A DNA stretch of 64,000 bases from Patescibacteria group bacterium (GCA_041671125.1 JBAZCA010000004.1:87029-151028); one strand, 5' to 3'; shown: positions 44,123 through 54,275, numbered from the stretch's first letter. Notes: generated from the letters alone by a model not told the origin. Numbers and translations are program-made.

Positions 44123-45361
44123 TTATTTTAACCTCATTTTAAAAGTCTTTCCTTCGGGGTCGCTGTAATAAAGATAGCGCCCGTTTTCCGTAATGATAAG
44201 GTTGCGCATGGAAGTTTCGGTTTCCGGCCGGGCGACTAATTTTTTCTGGCCGGTATAGATATTGACCTGGTAAAGCGCGTCCGGCGAAGCGTCAGAGAGT
44301 TCTGGATAAAGCCCGGATCCTTCTTCAAGTTTTTCCGGAACGGCGCAATAAACATTTTCACTGTCAGAGAAGACGCATTTATCGGCCCAGGTAGAAATAT
44401 TCAGATTTTTCCGTCCGCTACCGATGGCTTCGCCTTTGGCGTTCGCCGCCCAGAGAGCCGGTTTTAAATCACTGTCAGCGGAGTAGACGCTGTAAAGGAG
44501 GCGGCCGCCATCGGGCGCCCAGAGGAATTTTAAGCCGCGGCCGGTTATGGTTAAAGCTTTATAATTTTCATTGTTCAGCCCGACAAAATAAACTTTTTGC
44601 TCGTCAAATCCGGTTGACTCGGTAAACATGGCGATTGACTGCTTATTCGGCGACCAGGAAGGATAAACGCGGTCTTCTTCATTTCCGAGCGCCTCAAGCG
44701 CCCGGGCTTTTGATCCGTCAGCGCTGGCAACCGCCAGCCAGCGGTTACTTCCATCAGTCCCGAGGCTTTTCATTACTATCTCGTCGCCGGATGGCGAAAA
44801 ATCAAAATCCTCCCAGTGGGCGGGAAGCGTAGTCTGGCTGTTGTCCTTAAAATTATAAAGGATATTGGCTCCGTCCGGATACTCCAAAATTGCTTTCTCG
44901 CCCTCGGGCGCCCAGTAAATATCTTTTACCTCATGAAAGACTTTGTCAGTCAGAGGCTCTAGTTTGCCGTTTTGGTCAAGGCGGTAAAAGCGTCCGTCCA
45001 GGCTGTTATATTGGAGAAGGCTTAAACCGTCTCCGGCCAGTTTTTGCCCCATCCCGCCAGCCGGGGATAAAGCTTCGGATTGCGTTAAGCCTCCCCGGGC
45101 GATTTCATCCGCCGGCAGTTCGCCGGATCCTTGCTCCGGCTGGAGCCTTGTATCGCCGCCGGTTCCCGCTATATTAGTTCCGCTTCCCGGTTCGGTTTCG
45201 GGAAGTTTTGCTCCCGGGGTGGAAGTGCCTATCAGGCCGGAAGGCGGCGGTTCGGAAATGGATTTAAAGAAAAAATTGTAAATTAGAAAGCCAAAGAAAA
45301 ACGCTACCAGCAGGAACGCGGAAATCTGGAAAATTTTATTATTTTTTAAAAAAGAAAGCAT
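44123..45361 (-). CDS. Membrane-anchored PD40/TolB-like beta-propeller repeat protein
   Basis: N-terminal TM helix. Repeated W-(A/S)-P-(D/N)-G/K motifs (YWAPEGEKAI, SWSPNKQSIA, LWAPDGGRLLY). Confidence 0.6.
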   Translation of the reverse strand: MLSFLKNNKIFQISAFLLVAFFFGFLIYNFFFKSISEPPPSGLIGTSTPGAKLPETEPGSGTNIAGTGGDTRLQPEQGSGELPADEIARGGLTQSEALSPAGGMGQKLAGDGLSLLQYNSLDGRFYRLDQNGKLEPLTDKVFHEVKDIYWAPEGEKAILEYPDGANILYNFKDNSQTTLPAHWEDFDFSPSGDEIVMKSLGTDGSNRWLAVASADGSKARALEALGNEEDRVYPSWSPNKQSIAMFTESTGFDEQKVYFVGLNNENYKALTITGRGLKFLWAPDGGRLLYSVYSADSDLKPALWAANAKGEAIGSGRKNLNISTWADKCVFSDSENVYCAVPEKLEEGSGLYPELSDASPDALYQVNIYTGQKKLVARPETETSMRNLIITENGRYLYYSDPEGKTFKMRLK

Positions 45362-45391
45362 GGACGAAGATTTTGAGGGAAATGAAGTTTA

Positions 45392-45419
45392 TGGTATAAT
45401 TATTAAAATGTGGTATAAT
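45392..45419 (+). promoter_or_regulatory. Two tandem extended -10 boxes (TGGTATAAT x2) upstream of the pilus operon
   Basis: Exact TGGTATAAT at 45392-45400 and 45411-45419. Confidence 0.3.
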
Positions 45420-45587
45420 TGAATTATAGTTCTGTTGGCGGTATTTTTTCTGCTCGGCTCGTTTTATCCACTTGTCCAGGAGCTATGAATATTATATAAT
45501 AATATAAGGATAGCGGCAACCCATATTAAAAGTACCGGCCTGAAAGCGAGCTGGTTGTAAGTTAAATAATGTTGATAAGCTAAACGC

Positions 45588-46649
45588 GTGGAGATTATGT
45601 TTTTATCTAATTCTACTAAAAGCTATCTCGGAGTGGATATCGGAGCGTCAGGCATCAAAATCGTTGAACTGCGTAAAGAAGGCGCGAAAGTGCGGCTTTC
45701 TTCTTACGGGGTGGGCGAATTAAAAGACAGCTTGGTGTCGTCAAACTGGCAAAATGAAGCCGGGCGGATAGCGAAAATGATAAAAGAGGTTTATAAAAAA
45801 GCCGGAATGATCTCAAAAAACGCCGTCGCGGCTTTGCCGACTTACTCGGTTTTTTCTTCAATAATCACTTTGTCAAACGTTGATTCCAAGGATATTGAAT
45901 CGGCGGTAAAATGGGAGGCCAAGAAAGTAATTCCTCTTCCGCTTGAGGAAATGGTAATTGACTGGGTGGAAGTCAAAGACGTCGTGGATGGCTCTGAAGC
46001 CGCCGGAGGAAAAAATTTGAAAGTCCTTCTCACCGGCGCCCCGAGAAATCTCATTGAAAAATACATAACCGCGTTTAAGGAGGCGGAATTTAATTTGATC
46101 AGTTTGGAAACCGAAACTCTGTCGCTTATAAGATCGCTCGCGGGAAACGACAAATCATCGCTTGCCATAGTGGAAATCGGTTCGGGTACTACCGATATTT
46201 TTATTGTTGAAAAAGGAATACCGGTATTAAGCCGGAGTCTTGATGTCGGCGGATTATCCATAACCAGAGCGGTATCAGAAAGCCTTAACGTAAATTTGGA
46301 TCGTGCCGAACAATTTAAGTTTGACCTCGGTATGAGTTCCCTTGAGTCGGATGAAAGTTCCATACCGAAGACCATAGCCGATTCAATCACGCCTATCGTC
46401 AATGAAATCAAATACTCCCTAAAACTTTATCAAAGTAAGAACGGCGGCAGTCCGGAAAAAATAATCCTTTCCGGCGGCTCAGCCCTTCTTATGAATTTTA
46501 CCAATTACTTAAGTAAAGTTTTGGATTGTAAAGTGATTATCGGCGACCCCTGGGCTCGCGTTCATTGTCCGGTTGATTTATTGCCTAAATTAAAAGAACT
46601 CGGCCCGAGACTGGCCGTAGCCGTAGGATTGGCTATGAGAGAGATGTAA
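45588..46649 (+). CDS. pilM: Type IV pilus assembly protein PilM (actin-like ATPase fold)
   Basis: LGVDIGASGIKIVEL N-terminus, IVEIGSGTTDI, SGGSALL motifs. The start could be ATG 45597. Confidence 0.8.
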   Translation: MEIMFLSNSTKSYLGVDIGASGIKIVELRKEGAKVRLSSYGVGELKDSLVSSNWQNEAGRIAKMIKEVYKKAGMISKNAVAALPTYSVFSSIITLSNVDSKDIESAVKWEAKKVIPLPLEEMVIDWVEVKDVVDGSEAAGGKNLKVLLTGAPRNLIEKYITAFKEAEFNLISLETETLSLIRSLAGNDKSSLAIVEIGSGTTDIFIVEKGIPVLSRSLDVGGLSITRAVSESLNVNLDRAEQFKFDLGMSSLESDESSIPKTIADSITPIVNEIKYSLKLYQSKNGGSPEKIILSGGSALLMNFTNYLSKVLDCKVIIGDPWARVHCPVDLLPKLKELGPRLAVAVGLAMREM

Positions 46650-46735
46650 ATTAACGCTTAAATTTTTTTCCGTCTCCGGCTAAGGGCGGGATGGAATTGA
46701 CACTAAAGTAATTTTTACGGGTTGGTATTATAAAT

Positions 46736-47929
46736 ATGGATAAAAAGATAAATTTTCTTGAAGAGAGCCGCAAGCGCGAAAATAAAAAGCGACCTCCGGA
46801 GAAGGATAAAGAAAAAATAGAGTGGACGTCTCCGGGAAAGCTTAAGGCGTTAAAAGAAGCCGGAGGTTCTACCGGAGTTTTTGGCGGCTGGAAAGAAATT
46901 TTATCCGGTTTGCTGAAAAAAGGCGGCAAGAAAGCAAAGAATGATTTTTCGGCCGAAGCTTCTCCGCCGATCCTGTTAGCCCGGAAGAAAAATTATCCGG
47001 AAAAGGAGCGGGAAGTTTCTTTCGTCTCTAAAATAAATAAAGTGAATGAACTGAAAGAAAAAATATTTGGCTTATTTAAAGTCGGGAAAAAGAGTTTTTT
47101 GAAAGCTGAAGGCCCTGAAGCTAAAATTAGGCCGGTTAGAGAGGATGCGAAGAAAAAAAATCAGCTACTTCCGAAAACTCCGGACATTAAGATTGACTTT
47201 ACCGAATCCGTCAGACCCAAGCCTGAGTTCGCCAAAGCCGGATCGGGGTCATTGGGAGGAGTTCATCCCGGTGAAGAAAAGAAGGATAAAGCCGGGGCAG
47301 AGAATGAGTCCGAATCAGGCGAATGGGCGGAAGGATCTTTCAGAGGTACTAATCTGATTAAAGAGCGGGTGAGCCTCCAGGAGATAAAAAAGAAATTTGT
47401 AATTACGTCCTGCTTGGTTATATTTTCGTTTTTTGCGGTGGGAGCAGTTTACTATTTTTTAGGGCTTTGGGAAAAGAGTAGTGCTGGCGAGAAGGAGAGT
47501 CTCAAGAAAGAGGCGGAAGCTCTAATCGAGGAAAAAAAGGCCAAGGAAAAAGATCTGAGTGAAGTTTTTATTTTTGAGGATAGGCTTAAATATGCCAAAC
47601 TCCTTCTTGACCGGCATGTTTATTTTACCAATTTTTTTAATTTTCTTGAGAAAAACACTTTGGAGGGCGTTTTTTATTCGGATTTTATCGGGGATAACAG
47701 AGGATCTTATATGCTTAACGCCGTAGCCAGAGATTTTAAAAATATCGCCAGACAGATTGAAATATTAAGAGCCGACCCTTTAGTGAAAGAAGTGGCCTCA
47801 ACCGGAGGAGAATATGCCGAGGGCGGGGAAAAGAGCCGCAATGGTTCTAGTAAAACTCCCGCCGCCGGAGCGAGCTTCAAGCTTAGCTTGCAACTTGAGA
47901 AGAATATTTTTTATAATCTTCCTAAATAG
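46736..47929 (+). CDS. PilN-like bitopic pilus assembly protein with extended K/E-rich N-terminus
   Basis: Position after pilM. Single TM helix (VITSCLVIFSFFAVGAVYYFLGLW) followed by an approximately 150-aa external domain. Confidence 0.45.
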   Translation: MDKKINFLEESRKRENKKRPPEKDKEKIEWTSPGKLKALKEAGGSTGVFGGWKEILSGLLKKGGKKAKNDFSAEASPPILLARKKNYPEKEREVSFVSKINKVNELKEKIFGLFKVGKKSFLKAEGPEAKIRPVREDAKKKNQLLPKTPDIKIDFTESVRPKPEFAKAGSGSLGGVHPGEEKKDKAGAENESESGEWAEGSFRGTNLIKERVSLQEIKKKFVITSCLVIFSFFAVGAVYYFLGLWEKSSAGEKESLKKEAEALIEEKKAKEKDLSEVFIFEDRLKYAKLLLDRHVYFTNFFNFLEKNTLEGVFYSDFIGDNRGSYMLNAVARDFKNIARQIEILRADPLVKEVASTGGEYAEGGEKSRNGSSKTPAAGASFKLSLQLEKNIFYNLPK

Positions 47930-47957
47930 AAAAATGCCCGGCTGCGGCTAAAATAAT

Positions 47958-48617
47958 ATGGCTAGAGAAAATATTATTTCATCGTCCAGAAAAATATTGA
48001 GCCCCGGCCGGTTCTATATAAAGTACTGGGGATTGATAAATTTATTGTTAATGCTTGTTATCATCGCGGCAGGAACCCTTTTTCTTTTAAAGCCAAAGTA
48101 TGAAAAAGCAAGGGCCGAGATGGAAACGGATTTGCTCCGAAAGGAGATCGAAAGAAGCCGGCAGGATTTAAAAAAGATGAACGCGGTGAGCGGAATTTTT
48201 GCCGGAATTTCAGATGAGGAAAAGGAGAAAGTGGCCGCGATAATTCCTTATCAGGAAAATTTTGAGAACCTTTTGCCTTTAATTGAAACTATTGTCCGGA
48301 AAAACGGGCTGGTAATTGTTTCGCTGGACGTCGCGAAAGAGGAAGAGCAGCTTTTTAAAACCAGGCAGGAGCAATTGGAAGAGCAGACTGAGGCGGAAAA
48401 TTCCGCGGAGTTCGTAACCGGCGAGAAAGAAAGCCTGCCGCCCGAAATAGGGGAAATAAAAATAAATTTAACGGTCGGCGGGGCGGACTATCGGGGTTTT
48501 AAGAGCCTTCTCGCTAATTTTGAAAGCAATTTAAGGCTGATGGATGTTACCAATGTGGGTTTTACGGAGGGTAAAAACGTAAGCCTTGAGATGTATACGT
48601 ATTTTTTAAAGCGTTAA
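47958..48617 (+). CDS. PilO-like bitopic pilus assembly protein
   Basis: N-terminal TM helix then a coiled-coil segment. Follows the pilM and pilN-like genes. Confidence 0.45.
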   Translation: MARENIISSSRKILSPGRFYIKYWGLINLLLMLVIIAAGTLFLLKPKYEKARAEMETDLLRKEIERSRQDLKKMNAVSGIFAGISDEEKEKVAAIIPYQENFENLLPLIETIVRKNGLVIVSLDVAKEEEQLFKTRQEQLEEQTEAENSAEFVTGEKESLPPEIGEIKINLTVGGADYRGFKSLLANFESNLRLMDVTNVGFTEGKNVSLEMYTYFLKR

Positions 48618-48675
48618 AGTCCGTTAGAGCTTAAATGCCGCGCAATTTAATTTTTAAAATTTTCGATCCGCGATT

Positions 48676-49050
48676 ATGCTGATAGCTTCTAAAGCCAATT
48701 TAAAAAGAGTTACTGTTTATGTTTTTGTTATGATCGGGATGCTTTTTGGCACGGGTTTTATGATATATGATAATTTTATCAAGGATTCGACGCCTGGCTC
48801 TTATCCGGAAATAATTCCGGTTCCGGCCGATAACGGAACTTTAACTTTTCCTTTAGAAACAGCCGTTCCCGCGGAAGATGGTGATCCCGGTTTTCCGGCC
48901 GGAGAGTCGGCTAAAAATGAAAATATAGATGTTATAAAGAATATTGATCTGGTAGCGGATAAAAGATTTATTGATTTGAAGGAAGTTATTGTAGAGCCGG
49001 CTACGGGAAAGCCGGGGAAAGATAATCCGTTTACTCCTTATACTCAATAA
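48676..49050 (+). CDS. Small membrane-anchored protein of the pilus operon
   Basis: One TM helix (VTVYVFVMIGMLFGTGFMIY). No recognisable motif. Confidence 0.4.
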   Translation: MLIASKANLKRVTVYVFVMIGMLFGTGFMIYDNFIKDSTPGSYPEIIPVPADNGTLTFPLETAVPAEDGDPGFPAGESAKNENIDVIKNIDLVADKRFIDLKEVIVEPATGKPGKDNPFTPYTQ

Positions 49051-49093
49051 TGTAATTTTGCTGGTTCTCCGTTCCGGGCGAATTACCCGTTGA

Positions 49094-49244
49094 GATTATA
49101 TTCTGAGGGCATGAATTTATTCGTTTGGAAATGGTAAATTGAGATTTACCATTTCCTCACTCATTGCGATTATATCTGAGGATATAAACTTATTCGTTCG
49201 GAAATGGCGAATTAATATTCGCCATTTCCTCACTCATTGCGATT
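49094..49244 (+). promoter_or_regulatory. Tandem ~73-bp repeat (2 copies) upstream of pilB, each with a 13-bp-stem hairpin
   Basis: Copy A 49094-49167, copy B 49168-49240. Hairpins ggaaatggtaaat-tgag-atttaccatttcc and ggaaatggcgaat-taat-attcgccatttcc differ by compensatory changes. Confidence 0.6.
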
Positions 49245-50981
49245 ATGAATAATTTTTTAGTTGGCTTAGTGGAAAAGAAAAAAATTACCGAAGAACAGGC
49301 CGGGGAAATAGAGAAGCTCATGTCCGAGACGGGAAAATCTCCCGAAGAGCTTATAGCTGACCGCGGAATACTTGATATTGAGGATATCTACAGTCAGAAG
49401 GCCGGTTTTTTTAACCTTCCCTATCAGAGTTTGATAGGAAAAAAAATTGACGAGAAGATTCTGAATTTTATTCCTTTTGAGGCTGCGGAAAATTATCAGA
49501 TTATATGTTTTGACAAGAAAGAAAATGAGTTTTACCTGGGACTCGCCGACCCGGGAAATTTCAAAGCCATTGAAGCGGTTGACTTTCTTGCCAAAAAAAA
49601 AGGAGTAAAAGTAAAATATTTTTTTATTTCTTCGGTAAGCTTTGATCAAGCACTTAAGCAATATCGTTCATTAAATCAGGAGGTTAACACGGCTCTTGAG
49701 CGAAAAGCGCTGGAGAAAAAAAAGGATGATGAAAAAGAGGAAAAGGAAAAACCGGAGTTTCAAGAAGTGATTAAGAGCGCGCCGGTAGCGAAGATAGTTT
49801 CGGTGATTATCCGCCACGCGGTTGAAGGTCGGGCGTCGGATATCCATATTGAGCCTTCCGCCAAAGAAAGCCGGGTGCGCTACCGGATTGACGGCATCCT
49901 CCATACGTCGCTTATAATGCCCAAAGATATTCACGGCGCCGTGGTGGCGAGAATTAAAGTTCTTTCCAACTTAAAATTAGACGAAACCCGCATTCCTCAG
50001 GATGGACGCATAAGGGAAGTTGTAAATGACAAAGAAATTGATTTCAGAATTTCCATCCTTCCTCTTACTAATGATGACGAGAAGGTGGTTATGAGAATAC
50101 TTGACGTTACCCATGGAGCGCCGGAGCTTACCGATCTCGGCTACATGGGGGAAGGTCTCGTGGTCATTCAGAAAAATCTTAAGAAAACTGACGGCATGAT
50201 GCTTGTCACCGGTCCAACCGGTTCGGGAAAATCAACCACCCTTTTCTCGGTTTTGAATAAATTGAACAAAGAAGGGGTAAATATTTCTACGCTTGAAGAT
50301 CCGGTTGAGTATAAGATCAAAGGCGTAAATCAGTCTCAGGTAAGGCAGGAAGTGGGTTTTACTTTTGCCTCCGGCCTCCGTTCGCTTCTCAGGCAGGATC
50401 CGGATATTGTAATGGTTGGGGAAATCCGCGATAATGAGACGGCCGAGCTGGCGATTCACGCCAGCCTTACGGGGCATTTTGTTCTTTCCACGCTCCATAC
50501 TAATGACGCCATCGGCGCTCTTCCTAGGCTTTTAGATATGAAAGTTGAGCCATTTTTATTAGGCTCTACCCTGAATATCGTTATAGCTCAGAGGCTGGTG
50601 AGGAGGATATGCCCGCATTGCGCGGATAAATATAATCTTCCTAAAGATATTATCGCCGAAGTTAAAGCTACCTTTGAAGGCATCCCCGCGGAAATCATAA
50701 AAAAGCATTTTCCTAAGCTGGAAAAGAGGGATTTTGTTTTTATTAAGGGTAAAGGTTGTCCGCGATGTGGCAATACCGGCTATAGCGGGCGGTTGGCGGT
50801 AGCCGAAGTTCTTGATGTTAACGACAAAATAAGGGATATAATTCTTGATAAATCAAAAAACCTGAGTCTTAAAGAAGCTAAAGAGTCGCAACTCTTCATC
50901 TCTTTAAAGGAAGACGGAGTAATCAAAGTTCTCCTGGGGCTCACAACTATGGAAGAGGTAATGAGAATTATACAGGATTAA
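49245..50981 (+). CDS. pilB: Type IV pilus assembly ATPase PilB (GspE family)
   Basis: Walker A GPTGSGKSTT, MVGEIRD, TGHFVLSTLHTND, tetracysteine CPHC...CPRC. Confidence 0.92.
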   Translation: MNNFLVGLVEKKKITEEQAGEIEKLMSETGKSPEELIADRGILDIEDIYSQKAGFFNLPYQSLIGKKIDEKILNFIPFEAAENYQIICFDKKENEFYLGLADPGNFKAIEAVDFLAKKKGVKVKYFFISSVSFDQALKQYRSLNQEVNTALERKALEKKKDDEKEEKEKPEFQEVIKSAPVAKIVSVIIRHAVEGRASDIHIEPSAKESRVRYRIDGILHTSLIMPKDIHGAVVARIKVLSNLKLDETRIPQDGRIREVVNDKEIDFRISILPLTNDDEKVVMRILDVTHGAPELTDLGYMGEGLVVIQKNLKKTDGMMLVTGPTGSGKSTTLFSVLNKLNKEGVNISTLEDPVEYKIKGVNQSQVRQEVGFTFASGLRSLLRQDPDIVMVGEIRDNETAELAIHASLTGHFVLSTLHTNDAIGALPRLLDMKVEPFLLGSTLNIVIAQRLVRRICPHCADKYNLPKDIIAEVKATFEGIPAEIIKKHFPKLEKRDFVFIKGKGCPRCGNTGYSGRLAVAEVLDVNDKIRDIILDKSKNLSLKEAKESQLFISLKEDGVIKVLLGLTTMEEVMRIIQD

Positions 50982-50991
50982 ATATAAATTT

Positions 50992-51369
50992 ATGCTTAAA
51001 AAGAAAATACTAATAGCGGAAGACGATTCTTTTCTTCTATCCATGTATGCCAACAAATTTGAGATGGAAAATTTTACCGTTTTTATGGCCGAGGACGGCA
51101 AAAAAGCTTTGAGGATCGCTTTAAAAGAACTGCCTGATTTGATATTGCTGGATTTAATGCTTCCGGCAATGGACGGATTTGAGGTCTTAAAAGAATTGAA
51201 GAGCGACGAAAGAGCTAAAAATATCCCGGTAATTCTTCTTACAAATTTGAGCCAGAGAGATGAGATTGAGCGTGGGATCGGGCTCGGGGCCATGGATTAT
51301 CTGATAAAAGCCCACTTCATGCCTTCGGAAGTGGTGGAGAAGGTAAAAAATATTTTTAACAGGAAGTAA
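50992..51369 (+). CDS. Stand-alone response-regulator receiver domain (CheY/PilH-like)
   Basis: AEDD, LILLDLMLPAMDG (phospho-acceptor Asp), LLTN, and a conserved Lys (YLIKAHF). Confidence 0.85.
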   Translation: MLKKKILIAEDDSFLLSMYANKFEMENFTVFMAEDGKKALRIALKELPDLILLDLMLPAMDGFEVLKELKSDERAKNIPVILLTNLSQRDEIERGIGLGAMDYLIKAHFMPSEVVEKVKNIFNRK

Positions 51370-51374
51370 ATATT

Positions 51375-52403
51375 ATGGAAACACCTCAGAGTTATCTCTA
51401 CAAAATTCTTTCGGCGGCCATCAAAAAAAATGCCATTCTCGTGCATTTTTCGGTTGGCAATCGGCCGCAGGTCAAAATCGGCGCAAGTTATCAGCCGATT
51501 GACGACGCGATATTGGAAAAGGAAATGGCGGAAAAAATCCTCAACGATATACTCTCGGACGAGGAGAGGGAGCAGCTCGGAAAAGACAGGGAAATTGTGG
51601 CCGTCAAAGAGCTGGAAAAGAATCTTCGCTTCAGGATAAACATATATTTTGAAAGAAATTTTCCCGCTTTTTCCTTTTATCACATAAGCGGGAGTAATCG
51701 CGAGCTTGCGGATTGTGATTTTCCAGAGTCCGTAACCGCTTTTACTTCCATTTCTTCGGGGCTTTTGGTAATTGCCGGCAGTCTCGGTTCAGGCAAAACT
51801 TCAACCGCTTTTTCGTTCATTGAAGAAATTAATAAAAATCAGGCCAAGCATATAGTTACCATAGAAGAAACGATTGACCGCGTCTTAGCGGCGCGCGGAA
51901 GTATTGTTGAGCAGAGGCAGGTCGGACGCGACGCGGTTTCCTTTCGCGATGCGATTAAATATTGTCTAAAAGAAGATGTTGATTTGGTTTATATTAATGG
52001 GATTAAAGATGAGCTGGATGTATGTCTTATTTCCATCATGGAACTAGCGTCGGGAAACTCAAGAGTGATTCTTGAGCTTAACGCTGATAGTTCAGTGGAA
52101 ATTATTGCCCGGCTTGTCAATATACTTTCTAAAAGCCTTTCCGCAGAATCATCGCGCTATATATTGGCGGACGACCTTTTTGGGGTTATTGTCCAAAAGC
52201 TTATCTACGGCCGGTCCGGTGAACCCAATATGGCGGCTGAAATACTATTGGCTAATTCAGTGGTTAAATCTTACATCCGCGAAGGAAAATTTCAGCAAAT
52301 TGAAAGCGTGATTCAAACATCACGGCGGGAAGGAATGATTAGCATGGAAAAAGCCGTTGATGAACTAGTGAGAAAAGGCAAAATAAGAAAAGAAGACCTC
52401 TAA
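51375..52403 (+). CDS. PilT-like hexameric ATPase homolog with degenerate catalytic motifs
   Basis: PilT length and order, with Walker A GSLGSGKTST retained. However, Walker B/Glu reads YINGIKD and the His-box region reads SGNSRVILELNADSS. Confidence 0.7.
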   Translation: METPQSYLYKILSAAIKKNAILVHFSVGNRPQVKIGASYQPIDDAILEKEMAEKILNDILSDEEREQLGKDREIVAVKELEKNLRFRINIYFERNFPAFSFYHISGSNRELADCDFPESVTAFTSISSGLLVIAGSLGSGKTSTAFSFIEEINKNQAKHIVTIEETIDRVLAARGSIVEQRQVGRDAVSFRDAIKYCLKEDVDLVYINGIKDELDVCLISIMELASGNSRVILELNADSSVEIIARLVNILSKSLSAESSRYILADDLFGVIVQKLIYGRSGEPNMAAEILLANSVVKSYIREGKFQQIESVIQTSRREGMISMEKAVDELVRKGKIRKEDL

Positions 52404-52406
52404 CAT

Positions 52407-53609
52407 ATGCCTATTTTTAAATACAAAGCTTTGGATCGGGAAAAACGAACAATAGCCGGATTGGTTGAAGCGGAGAATATTGAATTCGCCGAAGAAATTT
52501 TGAAAGATAAAGGTTTTTTTATTGTTTATCTGTCACTGGAGTCCGAAGGAGGGGCGGCCAGACTGGGATTTTTGAACCGGGTAAAACTTAAGGAAGTCGT
52601 GATTTTTTCCCGACAATTTTCAGTTTTAATATCCGCCAACGTCCCGCTGGTCCAGTCGCTTAAAATCCTCGTTGAGCAGACTACCAACCCCAAATTAAAG
52701 GTGATTATTTCCCAGGTTGCCGACGAGGTGGATGCCGGTTCCCGGCTGTCCGACGCCCTGGCTAAGCGTTCCAGTGCGTTTTCTGATTTCTACGTAAGCG
52801 TGATAAAATCCGGCGAAACCTCGGGAAAGCTTGATGAAGTCCTTAATTATTTAGCTGATGAAATGGAAAAAGATTTTGACATGATGAGCAAAATAAAAGG
52901 CGCCATGATTTATCCGGCTTTTGTCCTTTCCGGCCTCGGAGTTGTCGGGGCGCTGATGCTTACTTTTATTGTTCCGAAGCTCACCGATATCATGTCCGAA
53001 TCGGGCGGGGAATTGCCTTTGGCCACAAGAATACTAATCGGGGCGTCCGATTTTATGGCTAATTATTGGTGGCTCCTGATCGCGGTTATCATTGGAGTGG
53101 TAATAGGCGCGAGATTATTTATCCGCACCGAACAGGGAAGGACTATTTTTGACACAATAGCGCTAAGGATGCCTGTTTTTGGAAAATTGCTCCAGAGGAT
53201 TTATTTAGTCCGTTTTACGCGGTCAATGAAGACTCTGATTGCCGGTGGCGTAACTATAGTGAAATCCCTTGAAATTTCCGGAGACGTGGTTGGTAATTCT
53301 ATTTATAAGAGGCTGATAACCGATACGATTAAGGAAGTGGAAGACGGCAATTCTATATCGGCGGTATTTGTTAAATCAAAGGAAATTCCCGCCATGGTTT
53401 CCCAGATGATGAGTATCGGGGAAAAAACTGGGAAACTTGATGTCATCCTTTCCCGGGTCACAGATTTTTACGGCCGGGAGATTGAAAATATCGTTGCCAA
53501 CCTCATGACTTTAATGGAGCCGATAATTATGGTAGTAATGGGCGTCGGGGTAGGGTTGATGGTTGCGGCAATTATTATGCCGATGTATAACATGGCCAGC
53601 CAGTTTTAG
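52407..53609 (+). CDS. pilC: Type IV pilus platform protein PilC (T2SS-F family)
   Basis: Duplicated T2SSF domains, three TM regions, 400 aa. Confidence 0.9.
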   Translation: MPIFKYKALDREKRTIAGLVEAENIEFAEEILKDKGFFIVYLSLESEGGAARLGFLNRVKLKEVVIFSRQFSVLISANVPLVQSLKILVEQTTNPKLKVIISQVADEVDAGSRLSDALAKRSSAFSDFYVSVIKSGETSGKLDEVLNYLADEMEKDFDMMSKIKGAMIYPAFVLSGLGVVGALMLTFIVPKLTDIMSESGGELPLATRILIGASDFMANYWWLLIAVIIGVVIGARLFIRTEQGRTIFDTIALRMPVFGKLLQRIYLVRFTRSMKTLIAGGVTIVKSLEISGDVVGNSIYKRLITDTIKEVEDGNSISAVFVKSKEIPAMVSQMMSIGEKTGKLDVILSRVTDFYGREIENIVANLMTLMEPIIMVVMGVGVGLMVAAIIMPMYNMASQF

Positions 53610-53714
53610 ATTTTACGAATGACAATTGCCCTGCCCGAAACGCTGCGCGTATCGTTGCGGGCAGGCGACTGACAATTTAAAAAATTTTAATTTTAATAAT
53701 GACAAAGACATTTT

Positions 53715-54173
53715 ATGAAAAAAATCATTAAGAGCAAAAAAGGTTTTACCCTGATTGAGCTTCTGGTTGTCATTGCCATCATCGGCCTTCTGTCATCTTT
53801 CGCAGTCGTGTCTTTAAACGGAGCGAGAACCAAGGCTAGGGATGCGCTTCGGAAAGGCGATATGGCCCAAATGAGGACGGCGATGAACCTGTATTATGAC
53901 GATCATAGCAGTTTCCCGGTCTGTGGAACTTTTAATTCCGGGGCGGCGGATTTCGGCGCCACCGACGTCTGTTGGAGCGGCACGCTGGCAACGGCTTTAA
54001 CTTCGGGAACAAAGCCGTATATGGCCGAGATGCCCGAAGACCCGAGGAATCAGAACAACGATCCGGTCGTAAGCGCTGTTTACATTTACCGCTACGCTTC
54101 AAACGGAACCGAGTATGCGATAACTTACCGGCTGGAAGAAGTTACCGATCTTAAGGTGATTCGGGGATGGTAA
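53715..54173 (+). CDS. Type IV pilin (prepilin with N-terminal methylation motif)
   Basis: KKGFTLIELLVVIAIIGLL class III signal. Confidence 0.85.
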   Translation: MKKIIKSKKGFTLIELLVVIAIIGLLSSFAVVSLNGARTKARDALRKGDMAQMRTAMNLYYDDHSSFPVCGTFNSGAADFGATDVCWSGTLATALTSGTKPYMAEMPEDPRNQNNDPVVSAVYIYRYASNGTEYAITYRLEEVTDLKVIRGW

Positions 54174-54275
54174 ATGGTTTATCGCCGGAATGTTCCGGTA
54201 ATCAGGACTATCGGGATGTTTTAATATCTGTTTTTTTAATCGCTTGGCTTGCGTGTTCATATTAATTGGTAATTA

